A DNA stretch of 64,000 nt from Pedobacter sp. (lineage in GTDB: Bacteria > Desulfobacterota > Desulfuromonadia > Desulfuromonadales > Syntrophotaleaceae): the NCBI GenBank assembly GCA_050253415.1, contig JBFWJC010000001.1, positions 1,416,679 to 1,480,678 on the forward strand, read 5' to 3'. How positions within the stretch are numbered: the first letter of the stretch is position 1; every line of letters starts with the position of its first letter. The position numbers and the translations under genes are program-made. This document shows positions 19,929 through 31,820 of the stretch, in pieces. The notes under the pieces are model-generated. The model was given only the letters and a program-made list of their open reading frames with translations, did not search any database and had not been told where the DNA came from.

Positions 19929-22127
19929 TTACCCAATTAAAGTATAGTTCATAAATCCCTTTTCGGCATGGTTCGTTGAGCAGTCTTGCCCCGCTTCAAA
20001 CGAAAGCGCTTCGATCTTTTGTGCTTTCAGGCACTGCGTAAAATCGTTGATGTTGACGGGTCTGCCAAAAAGATACCCCTGACCGTAATGGCATTCCAGA
20101 TCCAGAAGCAATGTTTTTTGCTCCGGAGTTTCAATTCCTTCGCAAATGGTGGTGAGACCGAGACTGTCGCCCAGGGCGATAATGGCCCTCGTAATGGCCA
20201 TGTCGCTGGGGGAATTGGCCAGGTCACGGATGAATGACCGGTCAATTTTAAGGGTGTCGATGGGGAAATGCTTCAAGTAACTTAAAGACGAATAGCCGGT
20301 TCCAAAATCATCAATGGCGATGTGGAAACCCATTTGTTTGAGCCGGGACATGTTGCTGACGGTTTTGTCATTGTTTTGCATGATGGTGCTTTCGGTCAGT
20401 TCAATCTCCAGGTTACTGGCTGATATGCCGTAATGGTGGACGATGTCGCCAATCAGGTCGGCGATATTGTCCTGGGAGAAAAGCTGCCCCGATACATTGA
20501 CCGACAGACGCAGGGTTGCAAAGCCGCTTGCCTGCCACTTGGCGATCTGAAGGCAGGCTTGACGCAATACCCACAGGTCGACATCGATCATGAGACCGGA
20601 TTCCTCGGCAAGGGGCAGGAAGTCGCCAGGCATTTTGATTCCCTGACGGGGATGCTGCCAGCGAATCAAAACTTCCGCCCCGGAAAGCTGGCCACTGCGC
20701 ATGTCGACCTGGGGTTGAAAATACAATACGAGCTCGTCATTTTTAAGTGCTTTGCGCAAGTCGTTTTCCAGGATCAGGCGGTCCTGTATGGGGGTTCCCA
20801 TGGACGGCTGATAAATGCGATAGGTGGCACGTCCTTCGGCCTTGGCGTGGCGCAGGGCGGTGTTGGCGTTACGGAGGACACTCTCCTGCTCGTCGTCTCC
20901 CTGCGGAAAAAGACTGATGCCGATGCTGGTGGTAATCAGGACCTCGCAATTGCCAAGCAAAAACGGTTGTGAAATATCCTGGATGAGATGCCCTGCAATC
21001 TGGCTTACCTGTTCCGCTCCATAGGTGTCGGGGAGAAGTATGGCAAATTCGTTGCCGCCAAAACGGGCCACGCAGTAATCTGCAACCGAAGAGCTGGGAT
21101 ACAGGACCTTGCATCCCTGCAGGCTTCTGCGAATACGATTGGCGATACTCATCAAAACCTTGTCGCCAATGACATGCCCGAGAGTTTCATTGATGCGTTT
21201 GAAACGATCCAGATCAAGCAACAGTACGGCCAGTTGGCCATGGGCATGCTTTGCCTGCAGCATGGCGGAACTCAGGCTGTCCATGAAAAAGCTGCGCTTG
21301 GCCAGGCCGGTCAGGGCGTCAAAATGGGCCAGGCGGAATATTTTCTGTTCGGCATGATGGATGGCCGTGACGTCCTGTATGATGCCGGTCATGCTGCATG
21401 GTACCCGGTCGCAGGTGGTCTGAATTTCGATCTGGCTGTTGATGTAACGCTCTTCGCCATCCACTGTGACGCGATAATTCTGCCGGTATGGCTGACGGGT
21501 GCGAATAGCTTGGTGGAAGGTGTCTTGTACCCGTTGCCGATCCTCCGGATGGATGTTTTGCAACAAGCCTTCGGGGCTATCCAGGGGGGCGTCTTCGGCA
21601 ATGCCCAGCAATGTGTGGACTTCCCCGCTGCAGGCAAAGTGTTCCGAGTCGAAGTTGAAGTGCCAGTGCCCCATGCGGGCGATGCGCTGTGCCAGGGATA
21701 GCCGTGCCTGGCTGATTTTGAGGTCTTCATAAAGGCATGCCGAACGCAGCATGTACATGACCCGGTAACGGAGCAGCAGCCAGTTGATCGGCTTGCTGAT
21801 AAAGTCGGTGGCGCCTGCATCAAAGGCTTTTTTTACCGATTCGACATCGTCGAGTCCGGTAAGCATGATAATGGGAGTTTCCTTGCCCTCGGGCAGACTG
21901 CGCAATCGACGGCAGGTGGTAAAGCCATCCATGCGTGGCATGACCACATCCAGCAGGACCAGGTCCGGGCGCGTTTTACGAAACTGGGATAGGCCTACGG
22001 CCCCATCCTCTGCTTCGATAACGGCAAACCCGGCATATTCGAGCGTGGCCCGGGTGAGCAGGCGCATGGCGGGATCGTCGTCCACGATTTGGATAAGATG
22101 CGGGCGTTTCTGATCCACAGGGATCAT
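19929..22127 (-). CDS. REC-PAS-GGDEF-EAL response regulator (likely c-di-GMP phosphodiesterase)
   Basis: VDDD/LLDVVMP/FISKP receiver; degenerate GGNEF; EVLIRW and [17 protein letters not shown] motifs. Confidence 0.9.
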   Translation of the reverse strand: MIPVDQKRPHLIQIVDDDPAMRLLTRATLEYAGFAVIEAEDGAVGLSQFRKTRPDLVLLDVVMPRMDGFTTCRRLRSLPEGKETPIIMLTGLDDVESVKKAFDAGATDFISKPINWLLLRYRVMYMLRSACLYEDLKISQARLSLAQRIARMGHWHFNFDSEHFACSGEVHTLLGIAEDAPLDSPEGLLQNIHPEDRQRVQDTFHQAIRTRQPYRQNYRVTVDGEERYINSQIEIQTTCDRVPCSMTGIIQDVTAIHHAEQKIFRLAHFDALTGLAKRSFFMDSLSSAMLQAKHAHGQLAVLLLDLDRFKRINETLGHVIGDKVLMSIANRIRRSLQGCKVLYPSSSVADYCVARFGGNEFAILLPDTYGAEQVSQIAGHLIQDISQPFLLGNCEVLITTSIGISLFPQGDDEQESVLRNANTALRHAKAEGRATYRIYQPSMGTPIQDRLILENDLRKALKNDELVLYFQPQVDMRSGQLSGAEVLIRWQHPRQGIKMPGDFLPLAEESGLMIDVDLWVLRQACLQIAKWQASGFATLRLSVNVSGQLFSQDNIADLIGDIVHHYGISASNLEIELTESTIMQNNDKTVSNMSRLKQMGFHIAIDDFGTGYSSLSYLKHFPIDTLKIDRSFIRDLANSPSDMAITRAIIALGDSLGLTTICEGIETPEQKTLLLDLECHYGQGYLFGRPVNINDFTQCLKAQKIEALSFEAGQDCSTNHAEKGFMNYTLIG

Positions 22128-25100
22128 TGCTGCGCTCCTTCCTGGATTAATGCAAACTCAACGCGGTTGTACTCGTTTTGAATCGAAGCCATCAACGGGT
22201 CAAGCTTCTCTGCCGAAACGGCCTTGGCCTCTTCCATTTTGCGGCAAAGATCAGACAAACACAGGGCTCCAAGATTTGCGCTACTTGATTTCAGTCTGTG
22301 AGCCAGGTCAAATACTTTGCCCATTTGCTCATTTTGCAAGGCATGTTCCATATCCCTGAGCACGCCGGGAGTCTCATCCAGATACATAGCGATGACCTTA
22401 CCCAGCAATCCCTGCTTTTGTTGGGGGTCTTCCAGGGCTCTGATCGAATCCAGCACGTCACGATTTATAGGATTGTCGGACGTGCGGTGTTCCTTTTTGC
22501 GGTCGGGTTCAGACGGGCCCAGCGTTGGTCTGTTCCAGCACTCCGAATCTTTCCTATGACCCAGAACCGTCATCCATCGGCTCAGCATGGTGCTGACCTG
22601 GCGCAAGGTGAAAGGTTTGCCCAGATAGTCGTCCATGCCGGCTTCCAGGCATTTTTCCCGATCTCCCGGCTGTGTGTGCGCGGTCATGGCGATAATGGGC
22701 AGGCTGGTTTTATGTTGCTGTTTTTCCATTTGGCGCAGCACTTGAGTGGCCTGGTAGCCATCCATGTTGGGCATCTGGCAATCCATGAAAAGCAGGTCAA
22801 AAGATTGCTCCTTGACGGCCGCGACAGCCTCCAGTCCGTCGGAAACAGCGTCGACCACGCAACCGAGTTTTTCCAGCATGCCACGTGCAACCTGCTGATT
22901 GATGACATTGTCTTCAGCCAGCAGCACGCGGGCCCGCGGTGTCTTCGATGTTTCTAGCGGAGGGGAGGCTGTTGCCGTGGCGCCGTCCATTGTCATCGAT
23001 GCAGGGGCCATAGCAGGGGGTATTTCGGTCAATTGCAACAGCAGTTCGGACGGACGAATCGGTTTGCATAGGTAACCCAAAGTTGGAGCCCCTTCGATCG
23101 TGCCCTGCAAGCCCAACTGCCCGGCACGGTTAAGCATCAGAAGGCGTTGCGGCGGATCCGGGCAGGTTGCTGTAATCTGTCGTACCAGCTCTTCAACCTG
23201 CATGTCAGGCAGGGTTGCGGCAACCAGTACAAAGTGGAAAGACTGGGTCTGCAGCATGGTCAGACCCTTGCCGCCGCTCGCCGCGGTTTTAGCGAGCATG
23301 CCCCACGTTTGCAGTTGCCGTTTAGCGCTACGGCGGACCAAGGGGTGAGGGTCGATGACCAGGGCGCACATATCCGCGAAGCCGGGGAGTCCCGAGCCCG
23401 ATTCCTTGCGACAGGCGGGGTCTTTGGTCAGGGTGACTTCAAACCAGAAATTCGAGCCGCGACCGGGGGTGCTGCAAACCTCGATGTGTCCTCCCATGTG
23501 ATCGATCAGATCGTGGCAGATCGATAGTCCGAGGCCTGTGCCACCATATCTGCGCGTGGTGGAACCGTCCACCTGACTAAAAGGATGGAAAAGTTGCGGT
23601 ATGTGTTGGGGCTCGATGCCAATCCCCGTATCCCTTACGTGCATACGAAAGGTGACCGTTTTATCGGTGCTGCTCAGGACCCTTAGTTTAAGTAAAACGG
23701 AACCCTGGTTGGTAAACTTGATGGCATTGCTGAGCAGATTAACCAGAATCTGGCGTAGGCGGCCAGGGTCACCGTGCAAGATCGGCGGCATCTGCGAGGA
23801 TATATCCAAAACCAGTTCAATTCCCTTGGCCTTGGCTTTGGCAGCGAACAGTCCGGTCGCCTCTTCGGCTAAGTGGCAGATATCGAAAGGGATGTTTTCG
23901 AGTTGCAGCTTTCCGGCCTCCAGCTTGGAGAGATCGAGAATGTCGTTGATGATATGCAGCAGCGCGCGACCGGACTGGGCGACGGTTTCGGCGAGTTTTC
24001 GCTGATTGTCCGCCAGGGGACTGTCGAGCAGTAGCTCCGTCATGCCCATGACACCGTTCATGGGGGTGCGAATTTCGTGACTCATGTTGACCAGAAATTG
24101 CGATTTGGCGCGATTGGCCTCTTCGGCACGCTGTTGCGCCTGTTGCAACTGTCTTATTGTCGACTGCAACTGCTCAGTCATCGTCTGCAGTGCGCGATTT
24201 AAGATGCCGACTTCGTCGTCGCTGGGGGGCGGCCACGGGATGGTGTCCGTGCCGGTAGGTATGTGCTGGGCAATGTCAACGATCTGCAACAACGGACGGC
24301 TCAATCGGCGGCTGAACAGCAGGGCGTAAACCGAAATCAGTAAAAGCATGGATGTGCTTGCCGCAGTTCCAAACAGCAGGATGCGTTTGTTGTTGGCCAG
24401 ATCTTGCCGCTGGTCAAAGCCGCTGAGCAAAAAACAGTCTTTTTGGTCATAAAAGGGTAAGGGCATTTTTGAGGCGGCTATTTCCGGATTGTCCAAAGGT
24501 ATGGGGCCGTCACCTGTGTCGGCGCCGATTGTCGCGGCAAGGGGGCACAAAAAATCCGCATCGCGGCTTCGTGATTGTACTTTGCCAAAACTAGATAGAA
24601 GCGTGTTGCCGAAAGCCGGACCGAGTTGCAGAGTTTTGCTGGCAAACAGCACGCCGATGACCTTGGTCCCGGACAGAATTGGCGCATAGGACATAAGTGC
24701 CAATTCAGGCAGGTGCCCTTGGGTTTCCATCGGGGCAAAAAAAGCCAGGGGTTCGCGCGTCATGGCCAGGTTCAGGTGCTCAGATAGGGTTGATGAACCA
24801 TGCTGCGGGGCTGGGCCGATTTCGGCAATAGGAATCCCTTCCGGGGAAAAAACGGCCAGTGCAGTCAGGTTGTTTTGCTCGCGCAACAGGTCCAGATAGG
24901 CTTTCAGCTGGAAGGAAATATCCAGTTTTAGAGGAACGATGAGTTGGTTGTCCGAAGCGACGCGCAAGGTCTGCTCGCGAAAACTCTCCAATTGGGTGAT
25001 GAGCAATCCTCTGTTGATACGTTCCAGTTGCTGCAGTTTGATCTGAGAGTTTTCCACAATATGGTTGTGGGCCACTCTGCCGAAAACAAAGAATCCCAAA

Positions 25101-25180
25101 AGGGTGATAAGGATCGGCAACGGCAAAATGACCAATAGCAGTTTGGCGGTCAAGGATTTATGGAAGGGTATCGGTTGCAT
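22124..25180 (-). CDS. Hybrid sensor histidine kinase (TM-HAMP-HisKA-HATPase-REC-REC-HPt)
   Basis: [32 protein letters not shown]; first REC lacks the acceptor Asp, second has MDCQMP; HPt AHRLKSSS. Confidence 0.92.
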   Translation of the reverse strand: MQPIPFHKSLTAKLLLVILPLPILITLLGFFVFGRVAHNHIVENSQIKLQQLERINRGLLITQLESFREQTLRVASDNQLIVPLKLDISFQLKAYLDLLREQNNLTALAVFSPEGIPIAEIGPAPQHGSSTLSEHLNLAMTREPLAFFAPMETQGHLPELALMSYAPILSGTKVIGVLFASKTLQLGPAFGNTLLSSFGKVQSRSRDADFLCPLAATIGADTGDGPIPLDNPEIAASKMPLPFYDQKDCFLLSGFDQRQDLANNKRILLFGTAASTSMLLLISVYALLFSRRLSRPLLQIVDIAQHIPTGTDTIPWPPPSDDEVGILNRALQTMTEQLQSTIRQLQQAQQRAEEANRAKSQFLVNMSHEIRTPMNGVMGMTELLLDSPLADNQRKLAETVAQSGRALLHIINDILDLSKLEAGKLQLENIPFDICHLAEEATGLFAAKAKAKGIELVLDISSQMPPILHGDPGRLRQILVNLLSNAIKFTNQGSVLLKLRVLSSTDKTVTFRMHVRDTGIGIEPQHIPQLFHPFSQVDGSTTRRYGGTGLGLSICHDLIDHMGGHIEVCSTPGRGSNFWFEVTLTKDPACRKESGSGLPGFADMCALVIDPHPLVRRSAKRQLQTWGMLAKTAASGGKGLTMLQTQSFHFVLVAATLPDMQVEELVRQITATCPDPPQRLLMLNRAGQLGLQGTIEGAPTLGYLCKPIRPSELLLQLTEIPPAMAPASMTMDGATATASPPLETSKTPRARVLLAEDNVINQQVARGMLEKLGCVVDAVSDGLEAVAAVKEQSFDLLFMDCQMPNMDGYQATQVLRQMEKQQHKTSLPIIAMTAHTQPGDREKCLEAGMDDYLGKPFTLRQVSTMLSRWMTVLGHRKDSECWNRPTLGPSEPDRKKEHRTSDNPINRDVLDSIRALEDPQQKQGLLGKVIAMYLDETPGVLRDMEHALQNEQMGKVFDLAHRLKSSSANLGALCLSDLCRKMEEAKAVSAEKLDPLMASIQNEYNRVEFALIQEGAQQ

Positions 25181-25185
25181 GGTGG

Positions 25186-25770
25186 TTATTTCCCTTGGGG
25201 CGTTGAATGAGTCGGGGACTCCAATTCTCCAAGATAAGCGATATGCCTGGCGGAGGACATTTTGGCGGCGAGCATGCCGCAGAGAAAGGCAGGTTGATAG
25301 ACCTTGCTGCAGGAAGTAATGACATTGGGTGACCGGTACTGGCTATTGCATAGAAAAAACACCCGGTCGGGATAGGTGTGCGCAAGTTGTTTAACGGCGG
25401 GTGCAAAGCTGGCGTCTGTCGCAACCAGAGTTTTGACACCCTGGCCGATAAGGTTTTTCATGATCCTTCCCGCATCCTCCGGGGGGACGCTGGGAACGGA
25501 GATAGTCTGCACTTTCGAGAATTCCTGGGCAAGCTGCAGCCGGGCTATTTCGTGGGCATAGTTCCATCCTGCGTCCCCTACCGGGCCATTGAATGGAAAT
25601 CCGACTTTAAGCAAAAAAGCCTCTGCCTGACACTTGAAGGCTTGCAATCCCAGCAGCAGGATTACCATTACCAGCAGGAGCTGACCGCCCGACAAGAAAG
25701 CAATACGGCGTAGCTGCCCTGCCGGAAATGTCCGATGTAAAAAGGTTCCTTGGTCATTGCATGTCATCAT
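25186..25770 (-). pseudogene. BMP-family substrate-binding protein, N-terminal part only
   Basis: [39 protein letters not shown], then a stop. About 194 aa, well short of a two-lobed BMP; start uncertain. Confidence 0.6.
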
Positions 25771-26069
25771 TTCATGTCTTTCGTCAAAAGCGTGACAAGG
25801 TCGATCACTATTTCTGGTCTTGGCCCTGAAAGCAGATGCAGGTTCGGACAATAAATATACGGCGTCCTTGATATTTCCATCGTATCTAATGAATTTTACG
25901 GTTATGCTTTTGCTGCAAGAACAAGGCCGTGTTTTGACCTTGGAGGGTTTGCCTGGCGCAGGTTTATGGCGGTTCGAGCACCCGGGGAAAACCCGTAAAA
26001 CGGTTGCCCGTCAAAGGGGGCTATGCTACCCTGTGATACCTGTAAAAATGTAAAGTTAGGTGAAGGATT

Positions 26070-26828
26070 ATGGGAAAAAACTCAGTTTCAAAAGAGCGGT
26101 TGGACAAACTTCTGGTGACCCGCGGGTTGGTTCAGTCGCGGGAGCGCGCGCGGGCGTTGATTTTGGCCGGGCAGGTGGTGGTGGACCACCATACTGTTGA
26201 CAAGGCTGGTGCCCAGGTGTCTACAGATGTGTCCCTGCGCCTCAAAGGTGAGGACATCCCCTATGTGTCGCGCGGCGGCCTCAAGCTTGAAAAAGCCCTG
26301 GAAACCTTTGCGGTCGACGTGACGGGACAGGTAGCGCTGGATGTCGGGGCGTCGACCGGTGGTTTTACCGACTGTTTGCTGCAACGCGGTGCCGTACGGG
26401 TTTACGCCGTAGATGTCGGCTATGGACAACTGGCCTGGAAGCTGCGTCAGGACGAGCGCGTGGTGAATCTCGAGCGTACCAATATCCGGCATTTGCAAGC
26501 TGAAACCCTGCAGGAAAAGCCTGGTCTGGCGGTCATTGATGCATCCTTTATTTCTCTGGACAAGGTGTTGCCTGCAACCCTGGCGCTGTTGGATGAACAG
26601 GCCGAGGTGGTGGCATTGATCAAGCCTCAGTTCGAGGTCGGGCGAGGCGCGGTTGGCAAGGGCGGGGTGGTCAGGGATGCCAGCCAGCACGAAGAGGTGG
26701 TTGAGCGCATCCGACGTCTGTCCGAAGAGCTCGGTTGTCAGGTGCTGGGGGTGACTGAAAGTCCCATTCTTGGGCCCAAGGGTAATCGGGAATTTCTTAT
26801 CCATCTCCAAAAGGGGGGGGGTGCATGA
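26070..26828 (+). CDS. tlyA: TlyA family rRNA 2'-O-methyltransferase
   Basis: S4 domain RLD.LLV.RGL..SR, YVSRGGLKL, DVGASTGGFTD, LIKPQFE, GPKGNREF. Confidence 0.95.
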   Translation: MGKNSVSKERLDKLLVTRGLVQSRERARALILAGQVVVDHHTVDKAGAQVSTDVSLRLKGEDIPYVSRGGLKLEKALETFAVDVTGQVALDVGASTGGFTDCLLQRGAVRVYAVDVGYGQLAWKLRQDERVVNLERTNIRHLQAETLQEKPGLAVIDASFISLDKVLPATLALLDEQAEVVALIKPQFEVGRGAVGKGGVVRDASQHEEVVERIRRLSEELGCQVLGVTESPILGPKGNREFLIHLQKGGGA

Positions 26829-27577
26829 ACCGCGTCTATTTTGTCGGCGCGGGGCCTGGCGATCCGGATCTGATAACCTTGCGCGGTGCTGCTTTGCTGG
26901 GCAAATGTCATGCGGTATTTACGTTTGCTCCGCTGGATAAAACTTTTGCCGGGTTGATCGACGGTCGCCCAGTATATGATCCTTACGATTTTGATTTTGA
27001 TGATTTGCTGAGCCGCCTTGATGAGTTGCTTGAGGCTGGCGATGTGGTTTTTTTGCAGCCGGGTGACATGACTTTTTTTTCGCCCTTTCAGGCGCTGATT
27101 GAAAGGCTGGGCGATAAGGTCGAAGTGGTGCCCGGGGTCGGTTCGGCCAATGCGGCGTCCGCACTTTTAAAGCGGACACTGAATCTTTCCGGGTTCTGTA
27201 CCCGAACGATCCTGGTTTCCTCGCGCGTATTGGCAGAAGTCCCCGGATCTCCCTCTCTTGAAGAGCTGGCCAAGCCCGGTGTCACGCTGTTGATTTACAT
27301 GAATCACTATCCTTTGGCGGAGCTGGTCTCCCGCTTACGCTCCGGTTACGGTCGTAACGAGCCGATCGCTCTGGCTCACCGCATCGGCTTACCCGGCCAG
27401 AAACTGTTTCTGGGGTCTCTCGACGATATCCTGGGCCAGACCAGAGATTGTGAACTGTTCGATAAAAAAGGCCGCGCCGATCTTACCCTGATCATTGTCG
27501 GGGAAGCCCTTACGGCAACGCCCGATCAGGGCTGGTGGGATCAACGGCGCCTGAACGTGCGTCGCCAACGCAGTTGA
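26825..27577 (+). CDS. Tetrapyrrole methylase, CobM/CbiF-like
   Basis: VYFVGAGPGDPDLITLRG, GD, VVPGV.S..AASA. Confidence 0.75.
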   Translation: MNRVYFVGAGPGDPDLITLRGAALLGKCHAVFTFAPLDKTFAGLIDGRPVYDPYDFDFDDLLSRLDELLEAGDVVFLQPGDMTFFSPFQALIERLGDKVEVVPGVGSANAASALLKRTLNLSGFCTRTILVSSRVLAEVPGSPSLEELAKPGVTLLIYMNHYPLAELVSRLRSGYGRNEPIALAHRIGLPGQKLFLGSLDDILGQTRDCELFDKKGRADLTLIIVGEALTATPDQGWWDQRRLNVRRQRS

Positions 27578-27630
27578 TCCGGATATTTCAACCTCTTTTT
27601 ATACTTCTTCCGTTTCGGTGCTCTTTGTTT

Positions 27631-28740
27631 ATGATCCGTATTTTACATACCGCTGATCTCCATCTGGGATCCGTTTTTCCGGAACTTCCCGGTCAGGCCG
27701 CAAACAGGCGCGCCGACCAGCTTGCAACCTTTGAGCGTATTATCGCGTTGGCCTTGAGCAATCGGGTTCATTTGTTGTTGGTGGCCGGCGATCTGTTTGC
27801 ATCACCCTGGCCGACCAGGGAGGTTGTCGCGTGCGTCCAGGCCGGCTTTAAGCGTCTGCTTGCGAGCGGTATCCTCCCGGTTATTCTGCCCGGACGTAGC
27901 GATACGCTTCGCTCTGCGGATGGCATTTACGGGCGTGACGTATTCGAAGATGTCCTGGTACTCGACCCGCAACGGTTGGAGTGTGTGACGCTGGATATCG
28001 GGGGACAGTCGCTGCAACTGTATGCAGGCTTGGCAGAGGGCGACCGGATTGTCTGGCCCGCTTCGGATATGGGTGAAACCGCGGGGATTCATGTCGGTTT
28101 GCTCCACCTGCCGACCACCGCCGCTTTGGATGATAATGTCGACAGCTGGATCGAGGACACTCCATGGAGGAACTTGGAGGGGGGGTACCTTGCTCTGGGC
28201 GGAGGCCACAATTATCGCGAGTGGCACGTAGACGGTCGGGTCGTCGGGTGTTGCCCCGGCACGCCCGAGGGTTTAAACTTTGTCGAACGTGGGGGACGCT
28301 ACTGTGTTGTGTGCTGCCTGGGCTCGGGGCCAACCAGAATCGAGAAGCATTCGGTTAACAAGCGTATTTGGGAAGAAAAAAGTCTGGATGTAAGTGGCTG
28401 TCGATCGATGAAGCACGTTTTGGAACTGGTTCGCTCACTTGGCCACCCCGATGTGTTGATGCATGTAACGTTGACCGGTCAGTCGAACCTGCTGCTGAAT
28501 GCACGGGCCCTTCGACAACAGGCAGAGGATGCTTTTTACTATCTGGAAATTGACGACCAGACGCCGCTTCTCGACAGCTCCCTGTTGAAGGATCTGGCCG
28601 ATGCTGACAATTTACGCGGTCTGCTGGTTCGCAAAGCCCAAGCCAGAGCCGCTGGTCTGTCGGCAACAGAGCGGTCTATACTGGAGGCGGCTATGCGGGA
28701 TATTCTTGAACGGTGCCAACCTTATGGTGGAGATCAATGA
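27631..28740 (+). CDS. SbcD/Mre11/YhaO-like metallophosphoesterase with degenerate motifs
   Basis: LHTADLHLG, AGDLF and YLALG..H..PGTPEG..F.E.G present; GNHD replaced by GRSD. Confidence 0.8.
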   Translation: MIRILHTADLHLGSVFPELPGQAANRRADQLATFERIIALALSNRVHLLLVAGDLFASPWPTREVVACVQAGFKRLLASGILPVILPGRSDTLRSADGIYGRDVFEDVLVLDPQRLECVTLDIGGQSLQLYAGLAEGDRIVWPASDMGETAGIHVGLLHLPTTAALDDNVDSWIEDTPWRNLEGGYLALGGGHNYREWHVDGRVVGCCPGTPEGLNFVERGGRYCVVCCLGSGPTRIEKHSVNKRIWEEKSLDVSGCRSMKHVLELVRSLGHPDVLMHVTLTGQSNLLLNARALRQQAEDAFYYLEIDDQTPLLDSSLLKDLADADNLRGLLVRKAQARAAGLSATERSILEAAMRDILERCQPYGGDQ

Positions 28741-30899
28741 TGATGCTTCGGCGGCTTGAACTGCAGGCTTTCGGACGCTTTGAGGACGAGGTCATCGAAT
28801 TCGCACCCGGCATGAATCTGGTGTCGGGTCCCAACGAGTCGGGCAAAACCACTCTTTTACAGGCTGTGGTGGCGGTATTGTTCGGAGATGACGATGCCGC
28901 ACGATTCGTACCTTGGGAAAGCTCCGGCATATGCAGGGCGGCGTTGTTGATTGAGACAAAGGGGCGCCAGGTAAGGATCGAACGTGATTTTTTTACCGGT
29001 TATGTAAGTTGGACCGAAGCCGATGCCGAGGGTGTTTTTCAGCCTGTTTTTTGCGGCTGTCCAGATGCCGAAAATTCGGAATTGGACCCGTCAACCTATC
29101 GAGCAAGGTTGCAGGAGCTGCTGGGAGTGTCTCACCGGGAGTTCTTGCAGACCCTGCTCTATGGTGATCCTTCCGACGGCAACCCCGGGGAGGCTTCCGA
29201 GCGTCTCAAAGCATGTTTTTCAGATCCGGAAGTAGCCCGATTCGAGGATGTCCTGAAAACGTTGCAGGCTGAATTCCTTGGCATTTCAAGCGACAATCCC
29301 TGGGGGCTTCAAGCGGACGGGGAGGGTGAGCTGCAGGCTATTGCACGGCGACTGGCAGAGCTGGAAAAAGAATGGTTCGGGCTTCAGGAAACCATCCGTC
29401 AGCGGGAGCTGCAAGAGGCCGATGTGGTCGACGAGATCAGCGGAGCCGACGGAACGATTGATTCCGAAACGGCCTGCCCTGTGGTGCCTGAGTCATCAGA
29501 ACCCATTGTGGAACATCACGAGGCTGCAGGGCCTGTTACGGATGTGAGCTCCGATCCGCCAGCGGATTATGCGACCAGACGTGCCACACTGGAGACCGAG
29601 TTGGCCAAAACAGGCCTGCCGCGAAGCATCCCGGCCGAGTTGCCCGAGCTTTTGAGTTCTTGTGCCAGCTTGCGGCAGGCGATGGCTGAACAGAAGCGTA
29701 GCCTGGGGGTTCGTCAGGAAGAACGACGGAAGTGCCGTCCGCCGGCCTGGAAAGGGTTGGCATTCGGTTTGGCAGGTATCTGGGCAGCAGCGTTATCCTG
29801 GCTATGGGTACAGCTCTCTATCCTGCCGATCTGGGGAGGTTTGCTGGTTACTGCCGTTGCCGGAGCATGGTATGTCCGGCGTTGCCTGCAGGCACGTAGT
29901 GCGGGACAGCAGCTCGATAGCCAGGTTGCCGCCGTAGAGGCGCAGGTCTACGAACTCCAGCAGCAGCTCACAGCCATCAACGATCGATTCGAGGCTTTGG
30001 GTTTGTCGCCTTCGCCTGTGGAAACCGTGCGCATGCAAAAAAATCTTCCCCGCCATCAGCAACTGCTGGAGCAGTTGCGGCAGATGGATGTTGTTCAGGA
30101 TGAGGTTGCCCAGGACAGGGGGGGGATCGAGCCAGACGTCTCTGTCTGTGAGCCGATTGCTGCGTCAGTAGAGGCTTTCGCTGCTATCTCAGATGCGCAA
30201 GCAGCCGAGCCGGTGCCTGATGAAGCTTCTTGCATGCAGGCAGCCGGGGACTCTATTATTGCAGATTCGATGGGTACACCGGGGGCTCTTGACTTGGAAA
30301 GCCTGCTGGATGCACGCACCCGGATCGAAGCTGAAGGGGAAGAGCTGCGGGCACGGGAGTCCAAGCTTACACAGCGCAGAAATACTCTCGTTGTGGAATG
30401 TGATCTGCTGATGGAGACTCTTGCCGATACTCCCGCGACCGATAGGCAGGCTTTGGCCGGGATTCTCGGTCAACTGATGAGCGATTTGACAGGTGGCGTG
30501 GTTGATAAAGTGCATGTTACTGAGGATTTTGTCGTGCAATTATCGGGAGCGGATGGTGTCTGGTTACCGGTTGAGCGTTTTAGCAGTGCCACACGCACCC
30601 TGCATAATTTGGCGTTGTGCCTGACCCCTAACCAGCTACGTGGCGAGGGTTCGCGCCTGCCGCTTCTGCTTGATGATCCCTTGGGGGCTCTCGACAAAAA
30701 ACGCCGTGGGCAGGCGCTTAAAGTTCTGGAGCAGTGTGCTGCCGGGGCACAGATTATTTTATTCAGTCACGAGGAAGCCTTGCGCCGACGGGCGATGCGG
30801 GATGGTTGGCATCTGATTTCCCTGCGTGCCAAGGGGCCTGCGGTAGCAGTCGGCAAGGAGGAGAAGAACGATGATGACGGACAATTGTCTTTTTTGTAA
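28737..30899 (+). CDS. YhaN/Rad50-like SMC-type ATPase with internal TM segments
   Basis: LRRLEL.AFGRF, Walker A GPNESGKTT, coiled coil, two hydrophobic helices, Walker B LLLDDP...LD, QIILFSH. Confidence 0.8.
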   Translation: MMMLRRLELQAFGRFEDEVIEFAPGMNLVSGPNESGKTTLLQAVVAVLFGDDDAARFVPWESSGICRAALLIETKGRQVRIERDFFTGYVSWTEADAEGVFQPVFCGCPDAENSELDPSTYRARLQELLGVSHREFLQTLLYGDPSDGNPGEASERLKACFSDPEVARFEDVLKTLQAEFLGISSDNPWGLQADGEGELQAIARRLAELEKEWFGLQETIRQRELQEADVVDEISGADGTIDSETACPVVPESSEPIVEHHEAAGPVTDVSSDPPADYATRRATLETELAKTGLPRSIPAELPELLSSCASLRQAMAEQKRSLGVRQEERRKCRPPAWKGLAFGLAGIWAAALSWLWVQLSILPIWGGLLVTAVAGAWYVRRCLQARSAGQQLDSQVAAVEAQVYELQQQLTAINDRFEALGLSPSPVETVRMQKNLPRHQQLLEQLRQMDVVQDEVAQDRGGIEPDVSVCEPIAASVEAFAAISDAQAAEPVPDEASCMQAAGDSIIADSMGTPGALDLESLLDARTRIEAEGEELRARESKLTQRRNTLVVECDLLMETLADTPATDRQALAGILGQLMSDLTGGVVDKVHVTEDFVVQLSGADGVWLPVERFSSATRTLHNLALCLTPNQLRGEGSRLPLLLDDPLGALDKKRRGQALKVLEQCAAGAQIILFSHEEALRRRAMRDGWHLISLRAKGPAVAVGKEEKNDDDGQLSFL

Positions 30900-31221
30900 G
30901 ATTATAGCCGGAGAGATTCCCGGAACCTTTATCTATGAAGATGATAAGTTGGTGGTTCTGCAGGATATTGCGCCGCAGGCACCTCATCACTATTTGATCA
31001 TCCCGCGCAAGCATATTCGTACCACTCTCGACCTTGCGGTAGAGGATAACGATCTCGTCGGGCATGTCTACCAGGTAGCTGCGCAGTTGGCTGGGCAGCG
31101 CGGTTTTGCCGAGGGCGGTTTTCGGGTGGTGAATAACTGCAATGAAGGGGCCGGCCAGACGGTCTGGCATCTGCACTTTCATTTACTCGGTGGACGTGCC
31201 ATGACCTGGCCTCCGGGTTAG
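30871..31221 (+). CDS. HIT family nucleotide-binding protein
   Basis: CLFCKII.GEIP, AGQTVWHLHFHLLGGR..WPPG. Confidence 0.95.
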   Translation: MMTDNCLFCKIIAGEIPGTFIYEDDKLVVLQDIAPQAPHHYLIIPRKHIRTTLDLAVEDNDLVGHVYQVAAQLAGQRGFAEGGFRVVNNCNEGAGQTVWHLHFHLLGGRAMTWPPG

Positions 31222-31289
31222 TGCCAAGCCCGGGATGCTTGTTGCACAGCAGGTGTCATGGTTCCGCGTCAAAGGGCCTGGGGCATCAT

Positions 31290-31673
31290 TCAAAGCTGAC
31301 CCTTTGATGGCCCGGCCTTGGTCGACTCATGCTGTTCGGCGTCTTGCTGACAGGCCCGACACAGCCTGGTAAAAGGGAGAACTTCCAGACGGGCCATGCC
31401 GATTTTTTTACCGCAACCCTCGCAGGTTTCGTAACTGCCGTCCCGAAGACGTTCAAGGGCCTCGTCTATTGCAAGGATTTCTTCCCGACCGGCATCGCTG
31501 AGCAGGTGCAGGCAATCCTTGAGGCTGTCCGTCAGCCCCTGGTCCGCAACATCGGCCACGCCTTCATCGAGCAGGGCGGCAGCATCGGCGTTCTGTCGAC
31601 GGCACTGTTGCAAGCGTGTTTCACGCAGACTGAGAAGTCTTTTTCGAATACTCTCCAGGCTCTCTCGTGTCAT
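31290..31673 (-). CDS. TraR/DksA C4-type zinc finger protein (127 aa)
   Basis: Coiled coil with DVADQ tip; IDEALERL.DGSY..CEGCG..I...RLEVLP.TRLCRAC; AAGGAG SD before ATG 31673. Confidence 0.88.
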   Translation of the reverse strand: MTRESLESIRKRLLSLRETRLQQCRRQNADAAALLDEGVADVADQGLTDSLKDCLHLLSDAGREEILAIDEALERLRDGSYETCEGCGKKIGMARLEVLPFTRLCRACQQDAEQHESTKAGPSKGQL

Positions 31674-31820
31674 GTTCTTCTCCTTCAGGAATGCGGGGGC
31701 GTCAGGGAGTCTATCTTCAAAAGTAAACCGTTTCCGCAGTAAGTCAAAGATGATCTGCGACGATGCGGTGGAATCCGCTGATTTAACAGGATCCAACCAG
31801 CCCCCTGCCTTGGAGGATGT

